Source of the DNA: Botryllus schlosseri
Lineage: Eukaryota
Length of the DNA stretch: 64,000 nt
Direction of reading: 5' to 3'
Assembly (NCBI GenBank): GCA_051294905.1
Contig: CM119372.1
Location: 31,312,001 to 31,376,000 of the forward strand
This document shows, piece after piece, positions 37,101 to 49,918 of this stretch. Both the position numbers and the translations under genes were made by a program. Position 1 is the first letter of the stretch; each line of letters opens with the position of its first letter. The notes under the pieces were generated by a model, which had not been told where the DNA came from, searched no databases, and was given only the letters and a program-made list of their open reading frames with translations.

Positions 37101-40100
37101 TTTTACTTGAGTAGTTTTCTAGACTACTTTGACCACCTCTGGGTATATCTGAATTTTTGGCAAATATTTAAATCTAAACGGATAATCTCCGTGTAGTAGC
37201 CTAAATTAAACAGTGTCATATTTTTCTAGAAATATCCGTTTGACATCACAATAATGTATTGAAGACGACGGGGCGAGTATTAAAGCTACAAATACTGACT
37301 TGCTGATAGACGAACGATGACCAGACGCAGACGGAATGTCTTCGTCTACAGCCATCGCGTAATTGTGGTATCCGGCGTCGACTTTGCCATCATCGTACTC
37401 GTCTTCTTCATCGTCTGGTTCTTCGCTAAAATTAAACGCAATGTATATCAGCAACTGCGAAAGCAGGACAAAATTCCTATCGGGTCAATACGCGCGGCCA
37501 AAATACGTATTAAGCCGTATTTATTTACGTTGCTGTGAACTTTATTCATTCACTGCAATTATCTGATTATTCAAACAGGTAGTCTTCTGCATATTAAAGC
37601 ATGTCGTAATTGGTCAAAACAGTCTGCAAACCTGCTCGAGTTGAAGAAAATGAGCCGAAGAAGTCAACCGCAGGTGTCGACTTTACATATTGAACGATAC
37701 ATAATAGACAGGGTTGTAATGACTCGAGACATTTTTTAAAATGCGTAAAATGACTCGACTTGTCCTCAAGTAATTGTGCATGACTCGAACCAAATCATAT
37801 GACTCGAGAATAGAACGGCCAAGACAGACATGTCATTGTAACTGCGAATAATAGTAGAGCCACCATATTATTGGCTGTGTTTTGTGGTATTCATGGTGTG
37901 GACTACTATGGTCATTTACATCAGGTCAATTTTATTCAGTAGCTGCCGACTTGTAACACGACCCACTTCTAGGCTTTTATAAGACACCGCTTACGTGGAT
38001 CCAAGATTTAGGTAGAAATTCTGCAGTCGACCTGTAACGACAATGACTCAGACGACTCGAACCTCTACTCCAGACCTGCGTAAAGTGCGACCCGCGGAGC
38101 TATTCTGTTTGTCGACTATGGGTGATTTACACCAGGCCGATATTCCTTATTTTCGATTCCGTATCTGCCGACTTGTAGCACGGCCCACTTAAAGGCTTAT
38201 ACGCGGATGAGGTAGAAATTCTGGAGTCAACCTCGGTCGGACTCGAACCCACAACCCATTGGTGTTGTAGCTGCGGATCATACCACTACGCTATCTCGCC
38301 ACACGATATACATCACAGTGATTTAGGGCAAGTTTTTGTTGCAGTCGAATCCGACGAAAGTTGCACTTATTTTTCACAAAGGTTGCAGTAAAAATTTGCA
38401 TATATTTTTCACAAAAGTTACACTGCAAAGTTGTATTTATGGACAAAGTTCCTTGAAATTATGAGGATTTGAGATACTCAAATCGATCCGTATCCAAGGC
38501 ACTGTAGCAAAACTCGGTGTTGGCGACTTCAATAAAATCAATAGCCTGAAAAAATTCACCCAGTGGAAACATAATTTTCGGCGGTCTAGCCTGAATATAC
38601 GTCAAAGAACCTCAAATTTAAACGAAAGTGAAATAACCAAGCGATATATTTACATATATAGTGCCAATTATTTCAAGTAAAATGTTGGATGCATGAGAAA
38701 TCGGAAAAATCTTTCAAAAATTTACATGAAAAATCGAAAAAAAGTTGCATGAAATATCGATAAAGTTGAAAAAAATTGACTGAAAAAATGGAGAAAAGTT
38801 GCAAAAAGTTGAACCATAGGATTCCTCCAAACAGCTTAAAACACCATACTACATAACTTCTGAGTATTTAGGAAGCTGCCGGGAGCTGTAAAAAAAGTTG
38901 CAAAAGTTGCAAAAACTTGCTCTAGTGATTATACAATCCTCAAATTAAAAATGTGTCTTCATTTGCCACATCACAGGTGCAGTTTTGTACTATACGATAT
39001 TTGTTTTAGTTTCCCTATCGATCGCCAACATCCTGTGCGGAATAGTCCTGATGATATCCATAATTCCCAATATACTAACGATGCTTAACGGATTAAAAGT
39101 CTACCGACTGAGCTAACCGTGCTGCGTTAGCCATTGTTCGATAGGGGTTGATTCCGTGAGAGAAATAGGGCACTTATCAAACGAAACAAACTAAAACATC
39201 CAGGATCATTCCCGACAAGGGACTTGAACCCTTGACTGTTGGATTGAAACGCCAACGCCCTACCGACTGAGCTATCCGGGGCGGTTTCGTTAGCGTTCAA
39301 TAGGGGTTAATTGTTTAAGAGTAATAGGGTAATTATTAAAACATCTGAACTAATATACAATGGAACACGCCCGAAAGGGGACTCGAACCCTTGACCGCTG
39401 GGTTAAAAGTCCAACGCTCTACCGCTAGCCTGTGATCGATAGGGGTTGATTGTTTAGGAGTAATAGGGTAAATATAAATCAAATTCGGACGAATATACGC
39501 GCCCGATAAGGGACTTGAACCCTTGACCGTTGGATTAAAAGTCCAACGCTCTACCGACTGAGCTAACCGGGCCGCGTTAGTCAGCGTTCGATAGGGGTGA
39601 ATTATTTAGGAGTAACAGGGTAATTATAAAACAAAGCTGAACTAATATACAAAAAAACGCGCCCGTTGTGGGACTTGAACCCTTGGCCGTTGGATTAATA
39701 TTCGAAATACGAAAATTCCATGACAATGTCCATGTCCAATAGTCCAAGTCCTGATACAGTTGAGTGAAAGCGTTCGGTAGGGGTTGATTGTCTAGGAGTA
39801 ACGGGGTAATTAAAAAACAAAACTTAACTATTATACAAAGGAAGGCGCCCGATAAGGGACTTGAACCCTTGACCGTTGGATTAAAAGTCCAACGCTCTAC
39901 CGACTGAGCTAACCGGGCCGCGGTAACCAGCGTCCGATAGGGGTTAATTGTTTAGGAGTATTAGGGTGATTATAAAACAAAACTGAACTAATATACAAAG
40001 GAACACGGCCGATAAGGGATTTGAACCTTTGGCCTGGATTATGATTCGAAATCCGAAAATTCCATGACAATGTCCCGATACATTTTAGTAAAAGTCGAGA

Positions 40101-43100
40101 ATCCAAGTGCGATCCCAATGCGGCAAAAATTGCAAATATTTTTAATCCTTTCTAAATTCAAATCCCAAATCATGCACAGCCTGCTTATCATAATCTATGT
40201 CGCGCAGTCTCAGCTCAAATCATATTTTGCAAACAGAAACCGATTTCGAATCGTTGGGCGAGGCCGTTCACAATTCCATTTGGGTGCCTTGGAGTCGACT
40301 TTTATCAAAATACACCAACCAAAACTCTGTCAACAAAAGGAGTTCGTGTACCACCTAAAAATAGTACATTGAACGCTCTCTCATTCACGAAATTTCATGC
40401 TGGTGACGTCATATTTTGTGATACGATTGTTGATATACAATGTTCTTTCCAATTCTCTACTAGTTGCTGACGATTACCCCTGACGAGTGTCAGCCGAAAA
40501 TATTCGGGTTCATTTCAATATAAATTTACTGTTCAATTGTATATTGAAGTTCTGTACCTCCAAGAAGCTCTTCAAACAGAAAGGTGTAGACCAGGGGTGG
40601 GCAACATACGGCCCGCGGGCCGGATCTGGCCCGCGAAGGGATTTTGTCCGGCCCGCGGACAGATTTTCGTCTTACATGATAATGTGGCCCGCCGGCCCCA
40701 GTCTTCCGAGATTCCCCACTACTTGCTCACATACATTTTAGTGATTGTGTGTTTTTATACATATGTATGTACAGCGAGCGAGGGTGGAGCTTACGCGTAA
40801 GTTCGTCGAAGCGAGAAGACTTGCATTATCGGCATTTACGATGTACTGAACCCTAATGTCATTTGTGATAATAATGGTGTTTGTCGACGACATTGGTCAT
40901 TTACACCAGGCCGATATTTCTTATTTTTGATTCCGTAGCACGGCGCACGGCGCACGCTTCTAGGCTTTTGTAAGACACCGACTATGCCAGGTGTCGCCAA
41001 CTGAAAACGGGTCGCGGGCCAATTTCAAATTTCAAGGCCGCGGCCCGCATGAATTCAATATCGAGATAGACAGGCCGCACAGTTTAACAGCCATCTCGTC
41101 ACCTACCTAACCCTAATGCATTGATATCTTGGTAAAGTTGGGGTACCGGGCTTATTGAACGCCTTGAAATCTTAATGAAGGATTGCACCGTGTGTTGATT
41201 GATCAGAGAGAAGCAGACATGGTGGTACCTGTATGACAGGGGTGGCCAACCTGCGACACTAGAAGCAAATTTGTGCGGCCGTGGACACGTAATTCAATTA
41301 GTAGGTGTTGGCGGCCGTCGACGTATAATTTGAATTTACGAATTGACTCCCGATTTCTTGAAAGATTTTTATTATTCTTGAAAGTTTCTTCGAGCAGCGC
41401 GCGATTCAATGCGACTTTATTTTTCGATTTTAATATAGTTGCGTACTTTGCAATCAGAACCCCACAGTACAGTTGCGAACAGATGCGTCACATATAGAAA
41501 TACCAACTCGGAATCGTGTTCTCTTCACTATCTCGACAATCCTGACGGGAGGTCAAGACATGCAAAGAATAGCATGCAACAAAGTGACTAATAATAATTG
41601 GCATGCCCTCACCGACCCTCCACCAACTCATACATCTGATCCGGTGAATCTGATCACATGGAATGAGAAATAATATGTAGAACTACTAATTTCAATGACG
41701 AAATCCATGAATGAATCCGAAAAAATGTTGGCGCTTGGCGCGACTATGAACAGCCTACATTATTTAATAGATTAGTACGGAGTTCGCCGGAAATGGACAT
41801 AGACACTTTAACATGAGTATTTGGCGTCCTGCTAGTTCATTACGACTATTCCCTGGAATGCGGCCGTAGGCTACATGAGTAGTCGAAATGCGGCCGTGAC
41901 TGGCAAAATGATTGGCCACCCCTGCTATATGACAGTGCTGTTCTCAAATCCACATTGTCTTCGTCATTATTGGCGAGAAATGGCTTTGAAGTTGCATTGC
42001 TGTCGTTAAAATACATTCATTAAATACGATTTATTCCTGGTATACGTGGATAAATGGGCGAATAATGTATCGATTCAGCAATCCGGCCCGCCAAGTACTT
42101 AATTTTCCTATATCCGGCCCGCCGACTTGGAGAAGTTGCCCGCCCCTGGTGTAGACTTTTGAAGTCGTGTCAAACTCACATTGCGTCGCGGGCCGGATTA
42201 GACAGTGTTTCCAAAATGTTACCTCATGCCGTTGCTTTTCACTTTCATACTTAATTATTAAGCTAAATGTTTTACTACATTCTATCACCGACCATGGGTT
42301 TAATTCTAGCAAATGGCAACATCATGATTCGCAAGCAATGGAATTGGTGAATTCAAGATGATGCCGGTTGTAACAATTATGAACCTCTAAAACAGTCGCG
42401 TTAACGACGATATAAGTTGGTACATTTTTATGCTTACTTTGCTTTAGTCGTAACTCGTAATATGTCGATTGGCGTATGCGTCGTGTACAGGAATACAAAA
42501 GATTTCACTGCAAACGCGCAGGTTGGAATTTAGTTTATTATTATCAAATCGACGTTCGGGTTTCTCTGGAGTCCTGGTACCTTTTGAATTGGAAGTGACA
42601 CAGTATTTTGACCAGAGATATCAGAATCATATTCTTGTGTATCTAATATATTATACATGTAAACTGCACGTAATGGTTCTGCATTGGCGTTTTCGTGTTC
42701 CATTTTTCCATGGACTCTGAACTGAGTGTGCACTTTTTGCCTTCTGGAAATTGGGTGTCAATGTCATAGATTTGGTCCTACAGTGGTAACAAGAGTGAAA
42801 TCACAACACCGCAATCGGGTGGCTAAAACATGGTCGACATTTGCCGTCTTGAGGGATTATTTAATGGAAGTATCTCCTACAGATAAATCACAACAGTTGT
42901 TACACATGGAAAGATTATTTTTATGTTCAGTTGTCATTGATTTGTTTAACGAATCAGCCTCCGTGATATGCCTATCATGGCCCTAACTAAATCACGCTCG
43001 CACGATTCAATATGATATTTCTGGCGGATCTTCAACCTACCAACAATTACTAGAAAGTATTATTTCCCTACAATGTCGAAAACTAATATTTAAGAACGTA

Positions 43101-46100
43101 GATAGCATGAAGCCGCCAGTCACCGTAATCCTATGACGTCGATGAATCATATATATTTAGCTGTGTAATGTTGCGCTTGCATGTTTGTCTTACGACTACA
43201 CTGGCCCTCACATATACTCTAGTGAACCATCTGATTTGAGCAAACACGTGTCAGTGTAAAAGAGTTCTATTATTATCGATTCATTACGTGCATTGGTACT
43301 GCTATCGCTTTAACTGGGCGATACTCTTTGTTATGTTAATGTCACTAAATTCGACACACGGGTCAGCCGCAATGTTATATTTCGAAAGTTGAACAGCGTT
43401 AGACTTTATCTATGAGCTTTGGCCCCCGACGGAAATGGTAAAACTAGCCTATGTTACGCTGAATAATCGGAAAATTAAGTATTCACGATTTCCAAGTTTG
43501 TATTTTGTCGACGTCTTTGATTTGGAGCGGTCACAGGAACTAACACATTTATCAAAATGGTTATGGATACGGTGGAACATCGCACTTTTTTCAGCCATGT
43601 TTTAGCGATTCCTGCCACATAAGAGTGCTTGGACATAAGGATATATTATATAATTAAACAGTGAACATGTGTTATATGACGAATCCACATCTCCCCAATT
43701 CAATGACTGTTGTCATCGTTTCATAAATTATAAGATCCGAAATCACGAACGCCCTGCTTATGCCTATATCTATTACATATTTGATTGAAATATTTGCTAA
43801 CTTAAAAAGTAAGCCTACTTATGAATATATCGGGACAATCAATCAGTTTTATTAATATTTTCATCATTTCAAAACATCACAAAACTGCGCCACAATCAAA
43901 AGATAGGAGGGTGTCGAAACAACTTGGAGTAGCCTTTAATATCAGACACCCACCTTAGCCTAGGCATGTGGCGGAGGGTGACATAACGATTCGAGAACTC
44001 GAATCCAAATCGAGTATCAATTTTAATGATTCGAGTTGAGTATAGTGAGAGCCGATGTTTTTGAGTACCGAAATTACACTCCATTTATTATTTTATGCAC
44101 AAAACTTGTCCTTGTGAAAATTTCTGCCGACTGCGGGAACTTTGAAGTTTGTTCACGGGTATATCATATCATTCAAAAACTTTAGAGCAAGGCTACCCAC
44201 TTTCATAGAAACGATATACCCGTGCTGTAATGATTGACCTGTTGAATAGCGTGTCTGATCACCATTTCACCATGTCATATTAGTCAGGGTTACCATATTT
44301 TGCGATCCGAAAGAGAGGAAACTTTTCAAAAATTCTGAAAGCTCCAGTACCGGAAATAAAAACTGATGATTTTGAAAAATTTTTCGACCAATAGTACCGT
44401 GTTCACTAAAAAAAGGTCTCCTTTCCCATATCTACTCTCAAAATACCCGTCGCGTCGTATTTTCAGTTGATTGTCTTGCCAACGCTGACGTTCGCTGCGT
44501 CGGAATCCAGTTTTTGATCGCATTTTAACACATTTCATAGAAAAGAGGACAAAATTCCAAAAAAATAGGACATTTAGGCGTTCTCCCAGGACACTTTCAA
44601 TTTCTTGAAAAAAGAGGACAAATCCTCTTAAAATAGGACATATATGGTAACTCTAATATTGGTGTAATGTGTTGGAAATAATTCATCATTAAGTGTAACT
44701 GGCGATATTAAGTTGGCGGTTTCATGAGACCACATTTCTGAACACTTCTAGTCCATTAACAGTGATGATGTTATACTGAGTGATATTCAAATCATCATCA
44801 TCATTGGTTTATTAGCAATTTTATCAGTTCAATACACCACAAAAAATGCGATACAATGAAAAGAAAGGAAGATGTCGAAGCGACTAGGAGTTGTCTATGG
44901 AATCGGACAACCACCTTGGCCTAGGCGATGTAAAGAGGAGGCATGCACACTGATTGAAAGTAAAGAAGATAGTATAGAAAAAGGAAGCGACAAGAAATAG
45001 GGCGGCATAACTCGAAATGATCGACATAACTCGACGGGACTCGGTGTCGACTATAACTCAGGTACTCGAGTTCGCCCAGCCCTAAACTTTTAAACAGTGT
45101 CACGTTTGCAAATTTGAATCATTTTCTTATCGAAGATCTTATGTGCCAATATGTATTCTTAATTATCAAATAAATACGTTCAGTGCAAATACATTTCAAA
45201 TGAACTGATGGAGGTCTATTTGCCTGGTATATATGTGATATGTAAATTAGGTACATGAGAAATTTACCGAGTTATCTCCGCCATGCAGTAAGCTGTACTT
45301 TCGTTACCCTTTCCGGTTGCTAACTATTAAATGTGCGATTGAATCTGATTCAAATCTGCTCACGGGTTAAATAAGTAGGCTATTTATATTGAATTGGCAA
45401 ATAATCTGTTTTAGTTCGAAGCCAACGTTATAATATTGTTTACACTTTTGTATGAGGTTTATATTTTTATTTTGAGTGTGTTTTGGATTTTTCTTCTATT
45501 TTGCGGTACTTTGGAAATGATCAATAAAACTGTGGGAATATTTTCTATGTTGCAAATGCCATCGTAACGACACCGGAAAAATACTCCGGGTTCTTACTCT
45601 GGAAATGGCCAAACCATATTTTACCGATAACGATGCAGTTTTTGTACAAATTCATTGCGAAAGCGGTGGAGCAAATGTTCTACTTTTACTGATGCAATGA
45701 ATTTGAGATACTTTGCTTTCTCCATAACTATGCAGAGGACCCTGTATGTCTTCAAGTGGAGACAATTCCAGATTGACCCTACTAAGTCCGCTTTCAAACC
45801 TCGAAAACGTTCGAAAATCACGTTTGGTATGATTCAATCAGAGGAAAACGTAAACCTGAAATTGCCACCCCAAAACGGCGAAAACGCAAGAATTAAAGTT
45901 AGGAATATTCAATTCCAGTGTGGATATTCTGTTCTACATGTAGCTGTACTTTACAGTAGGCCAAATAGTGTACAATGTACAATTCCCATTTCAATCTCAT
46001 CCGAAATATGTTCATTGTATCGAATATCGTGATCTCTAGCCAATGTTTGTCAGTTTGGAACGGATGGGTGCAACGGATTTATCGACCACATGCACTATTG

Positions 46101-46422
46101 TCAATCTAATGAATATTATTCAACAACACAAATGGAATCCTGCGAAATAAACAGTCAAAATATATACTCACTAAAATTCATCGCAGAAATAATAATTTAC
46201 AAGCATGAAAGCGAAGGCCACCACAAGAAACACGCAAACAGCGATCGTCCCAACGAGCCAGTTCGCCAGTCCCTCTTCTGCAGCTAAAAGAAATTATAGC
46301 GATGAGTAGATCCCAAAGTCACTCCCGAATTGCAATCGCCATTTACTTGCGCAGCTGCCGACTTGGGCCAGAAGCAGTAGACCGACTGCGGTGGACGCAA
46401 AAAAGTCGGTAAGTTTGATCAT
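34136..46422 (-). CDS. MAP17 (PDZK1IP1)/SMIM24-family small membrane protein, 118 aa, 4 exons
   Basis: Exons 46422-46347, 46283-46172, 37425-37300, 34178-34136 (GT-AG, phases 1,2,2) give MIKLTDFFASTAVGLLLLAQVGSCATAEEGLANWLVGTIAVCVFLVVAFAFMLVNYYFCDEFYEEPDDEEDEYDDGKVDAGYHNYAMAVDEDIPSASGHRSSISNEVTEEKEVVSTAL. Confidence 0.75.
34738..37141. mobile_element. hAT-type element with TACTT-rich subterminal repeats, in intron 3 of the MAP17-like gene
   Basis: CAGAGGTGGTCA / TGACCACCTCTG; perfect TSD GGTATATC. Confidence 0.85.
35491..36617. mobile_element. TAGGGTT-TIR hAT-type element nested in 34738-37141
   Basis: Perfect TSD CACTAAAT; reverse-oriented relative of 4253-5584. Confidence 0.85.
38107..38300 (-). 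mobile_element. tRNA-derived SINE (second family)
   Basis: Minus-strand head GGCGAGATAGCGTAGTGG...GGTTCGAGTCC; further copy at ~55322-56434 split by a hAT element. Confidence 0.65.
39209..39281 (-). pseudogene. Degenerate tRNA-Lys copy
   Basis: Full length, but acceptor and anticodon stems have mismatches and the loop is changed to GTTTCAA. Confidence 0.7.
39500..39572 (-). tRNA. tRNA-Lys(UUU)
   Basis: 73 nt GCCCGGTTAGCTCAGTCGGTAGAGCGTTGGACTTTTAATCCAACGGTCAAGGGTTCAAGTCCCTTATCGGGCG; all four stems pair. Confidence 0.92.
39846..39918 (-). tRNA. tRNA-Lys(UUU), identical second copy
   Basis: Identical to 39500-39572; T-runs ~25-35 nt downstream on the minus strand. Confidence 0.92.
40200..40575 (+). 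mobile_element. Penelope-like retroelement 3' remnant (end of GIY-YIG region plus terminal repeat)
   Basis: FRIVGRGRSQFHLGALESTFIKIHQPKLCQQKEFVYHL ending 40372, followed by a hammerhead motif; related copies at ~63385-63600 and ~54515-54610; left boundary approximate. Confidence 0.7.
40476..40509 (+). ncRNA. Minimal type I hammerhead ribozyme motif
   Basis: ACCC-CTGACGA-G[TGTCAGC]C-GAAA-ATAT-TC-GGGT. Confidence 0.7.
40592..42148. mobile_element. hAT-type element containing nested element 41237-41924
   Basis: CAGGGGTGGGCAAC / GTTGCCCGCCCCTG with perfect TSD GTGTAGAC; inner TSD CTGTATGA / CTATATGA. Confidence 0.8.
44285..44655. mobile_element. hAT-type MITE
   Basis: CAGGGTTACCATAT / ATATGGTAACTCTA; TSD ATATTAGT / ATATTGGT. 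Confidence 0.7.
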
Positions 46423-49165
46423 GGCTATATGGCTGATGAATAATGATCTACAAATGAAAAATATTCATAAAACTGGGTGCCGATGTCGTAAGTATTAACG
46501 CATATTCGAGACACAGTTTAGTATTATCTGCTTGCCAAATCACGTCGATCATTTCCGAGCTATCATTGCATTGCAATTCTTGTGATAGGCTCACCTTTAA
46601 TCGATAAAAGTGGTAACAATAATGGAAATAATGATAGTTACTGTATTGTCACATAATGAACTGTTGCGAATCAGAAAATGCAGAAATGCGACAATATATC
46701 TTTCCGTGACAAACTATACGCAACGCAATACCATGAAATGTATTATTTCAACCACTATAAAAACTGCCATTCTAAATTGACTGCCTAGAGCAGCAAGATT
46801 GTTTGCAACACGGGTTCAAGAAAAATCCATGAATAGGCTATAATATGCAGAAGTCAGCCTGCGAACTTTTCGCTGTGAACCGTGAAGAAACGCTAGCTAT
46901 AGCTCAATTCGTTGGCAGTTTATTCGCTCGTATTCCAAAACATTGCTTCTCAAGTATGTTACGTCACAGAAGAAGACTATACAGTACTCATTCGATCACT
47001 TGAAGACAAGTAGCGTTTGCTAAACTGAAGCGGTTAAAACGAAATGTTGCTGGATTACTGGACAGTGGACAGTCTGGACACCGAATAAAGCCTGAAAGGG
47101 CAACGATTTGTCCTGGCTAGGGTTGAGTAAACACTGTTCCTAATGTGTTGTAGGATTCGTCTGAATATTCTAGACTTTTCCACTTCTCCCATAGTAGCAG
47201 ATATACTAGCGTGAATGTGCTGGTGTGATCCTGCTTACATAAAACGAGTCTGTTAGGGTACTCCTGTTGGCTATACGTGCCGTAGCGAGGCTAGTTTATT
47301 CGCTGCTGCGTTAATATTTAGCGAAATTCTAATGCATACATGAACTGAAGATTGATCAATCTGAATTGTTTGCCCGGAACGAACTTTTCATCTTGAGTGA
47401 CAATTGAACGCGATGCGATCTTGTTGACACATATGCGAACGATAGCTATTAGCTTTTATAGTCGTTTCATATGGAAACAGGGATCGATCGCCGTTTAAAG
47501 CTCCAAATCCTTTCATAACATGGTCATATTGGTCAGTAGGGCATTTGAAATAACTATACCGACGTGTTTGGTGTCGAAATTGACGCTTCTAAAATTATAT
47601 ACTGCCTTTTGCATTTGCTTTGACCAGTGTTAGGCCTAATGGCCATTTCTCCTCTGGGCCATATACGGTGACCAATACAAACAATTCAATATGCGACTTA
47701 AGAATGAGAAGCAACATATGGAGATGATGGATATGTTGTCAAATGTAGGCCTACCCGGAATTTCGAAGAGAAAGGTTTTTTGCCTCATATATACTCTTCC
47801 GTAAAAAGGAGCCGTGCACTGCAATTCCGTTGCATAGTCCATATTTACGTTATGATGCTTCATAATTCAAAAGCGAACTACGACCACTACATTTGAATTA
47901 CTACTGACAAATTTGTGGGAGCGAATGCTATGTGAATTTATACACATGGTCTCATGTATTTCCGTGTATATCATGCACGTAGAATGGATTCAAATAAACC
48001 TGTAATCGGACTATAGCCTCATTAACCAGCCTTTTCTTGTCAGTAGTACACTTGGGAAAGTTCTGAAGAAACAAGTAGAAGCGACTGGCTGTACTAAACT
48101 TGATCGCTTTCAGGGCTATACAATCATTGTTGAATAATTTATATTGCAATGACTGTAGTAGGCCTATGTAGTTATGAAAGGAACATCGCAAGAGAAGTAG
48201 AAGTATAACGCCATAAATTTCTACTCAAATACAATTGCCTAGAAGTAGCAATTTCCAAGACATAAGAATAAAAAGTACTTCCATAGCAAGGAGAAGATGA
48301 AACAACTGACAAGTAGTCTACGCAAGTATATGTAGTTTCAAAAAGTAGATTCAGTCGAGCGGTCACATTCTGTTAGCAGGTATATAATCGGATGTGGATA
48401 ATTACCGAATTCCGATTTGTATCTTCTAATCTTTCCGCATATAGGTAGCATCTTCAAATATCTATTATTTGCCATGATACAGGGCCTTTTATATCCCATC
48501 TCCCATAAAACTGATCTTATACGGTAGAGCTGATGGGCACAAAAATAATGGTGATCCATCTTCCGCTTTTATTAATCACCTGTTGCATATGTTCTTATTT
48601 CTTGATCTCCCATCAGGATTGTCGGTAGTCAAAATATTTTGGAATCGCCCAAACGTTTCAGAAAAATCTTCATGCGTGAGTCACACACGATTCAACTTGG
48701 TATTTTTATTGGGGCGCATCATTTTCCTCTGCGATTGATTGCAAGAACACTATTATATCAAAAACGAAAAATTCAAGTCACCCTGAATCGCGCCAAGCGT
48801 GAAGAAAAATTTTAGGTTGAATTAAAAGCTCTCAAATATTTGGGAACCAATTCGTTAATTTAAATTGCACGATGAATACGCTATTTAATTATGTGCAGAC
48901 AGCCGCATAGTTGTGGTTTTCAGCTTCATGCGGCCGTACGTTCGCAGGTTGGCCACCGCTGGCCTGATCGAAATAAGGATGAGCATTGAGTAAGGCCGCA
49001 ACGTATAGGAAATACTCGAGGCTACCGGACCACTATCTAATCCTACGGTGGTGTAGACACAAGCAAATCTCACGGTCCACTGCGATTGCAGATTTACGTC
49101 ACATTTTCCAATTGGCCAAAGGCAATTATAACCGTCTTGCCGAGCGCAAAAATTGATAAAATTGG

Positions 49166-49534
49166 TATCAATCGGAAGCTACCGCGGTACTGACTGCGAA
49201 AATATAAATTTTATTCTGCTCGTGGTCTTGGAGCCACCCAAAATCGGCCTCGAATGTTGTATTGTAACGGAGATTGGTATTGTGATGCAAGAGAGCCGTT
49301 CAGGAGCGAGTGAGCACGAGAGTCGAGAGTGTGAGTGCTCAATCGCTTGATCAACGATGGCCAATATGCTTTCGGTTTGCGCTGCTTCTCATCTGCTCCG
49401 ATACGGCATTGCCGCGTCACAATACCTCCTCGCTACAATGCAAGATTCGAGGCTGATTTTTGGGGGTTCCGGGACCACGAGCAGAATAAAATTTATATTT
49501 TCGCAATCAGTACCGCGATAGCATTCGATTGATA
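49166..49534. mobile_element. Palindromic MITE with ~100-bp inverted arms
   Basis: TATCAATCG...CGATTGATA arms; one arm recurs at ~30280-30403. Confidence 0.7.
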
Positions 49535-49918
49535 TGATATAGGCGAGATTAGTTGATTATCATTCTACAATACACACAACGGTAGATTTAGGCTACTGTG
49601 TGACAATCGTGGAACATCGTATTGTAGAACAGCATCTCGCCTGCTATCCGACAGTCATCTAGGATGTCTGCATTCAAGTCGAAATTTCTTCTAAATGAAT
49701 ACTAGTAAGCCTACGGCAGGGGTGGCCAACCTTTTCGGCCAAAGGGCCACATGAGATTTACGAACCATTGCGTGGGCAACTTGAATGTTGATAACCTTTT
49801 TTTAGTCGCCCGATAGGAACGAACCGAATTCGGTAACATTGAAAACAAGACTTATATGACTATACGCTTTAAAATCGATAACGATGAAATCATGAAAACT
49901 CAGTGTGCAACTGTACAG

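Larger units (their letters stand above)
39085..40075 (-). repeat. Tandem array of ~7 tRNA-Lys-plus-spacer units (~130-185 bp)
   Basis: Repeated spacer CGATAGGGGTTRATTGTTTAGGAGTAA between full and truncated tRNA copies. Confidence 0.85.

Noticed and set aside
39209..39281. Anticodon-shifted tRNA (TTC)
   Set aside because: Mismatches in the anticodon and acceptor stems indicate decay rather than a functional switch.
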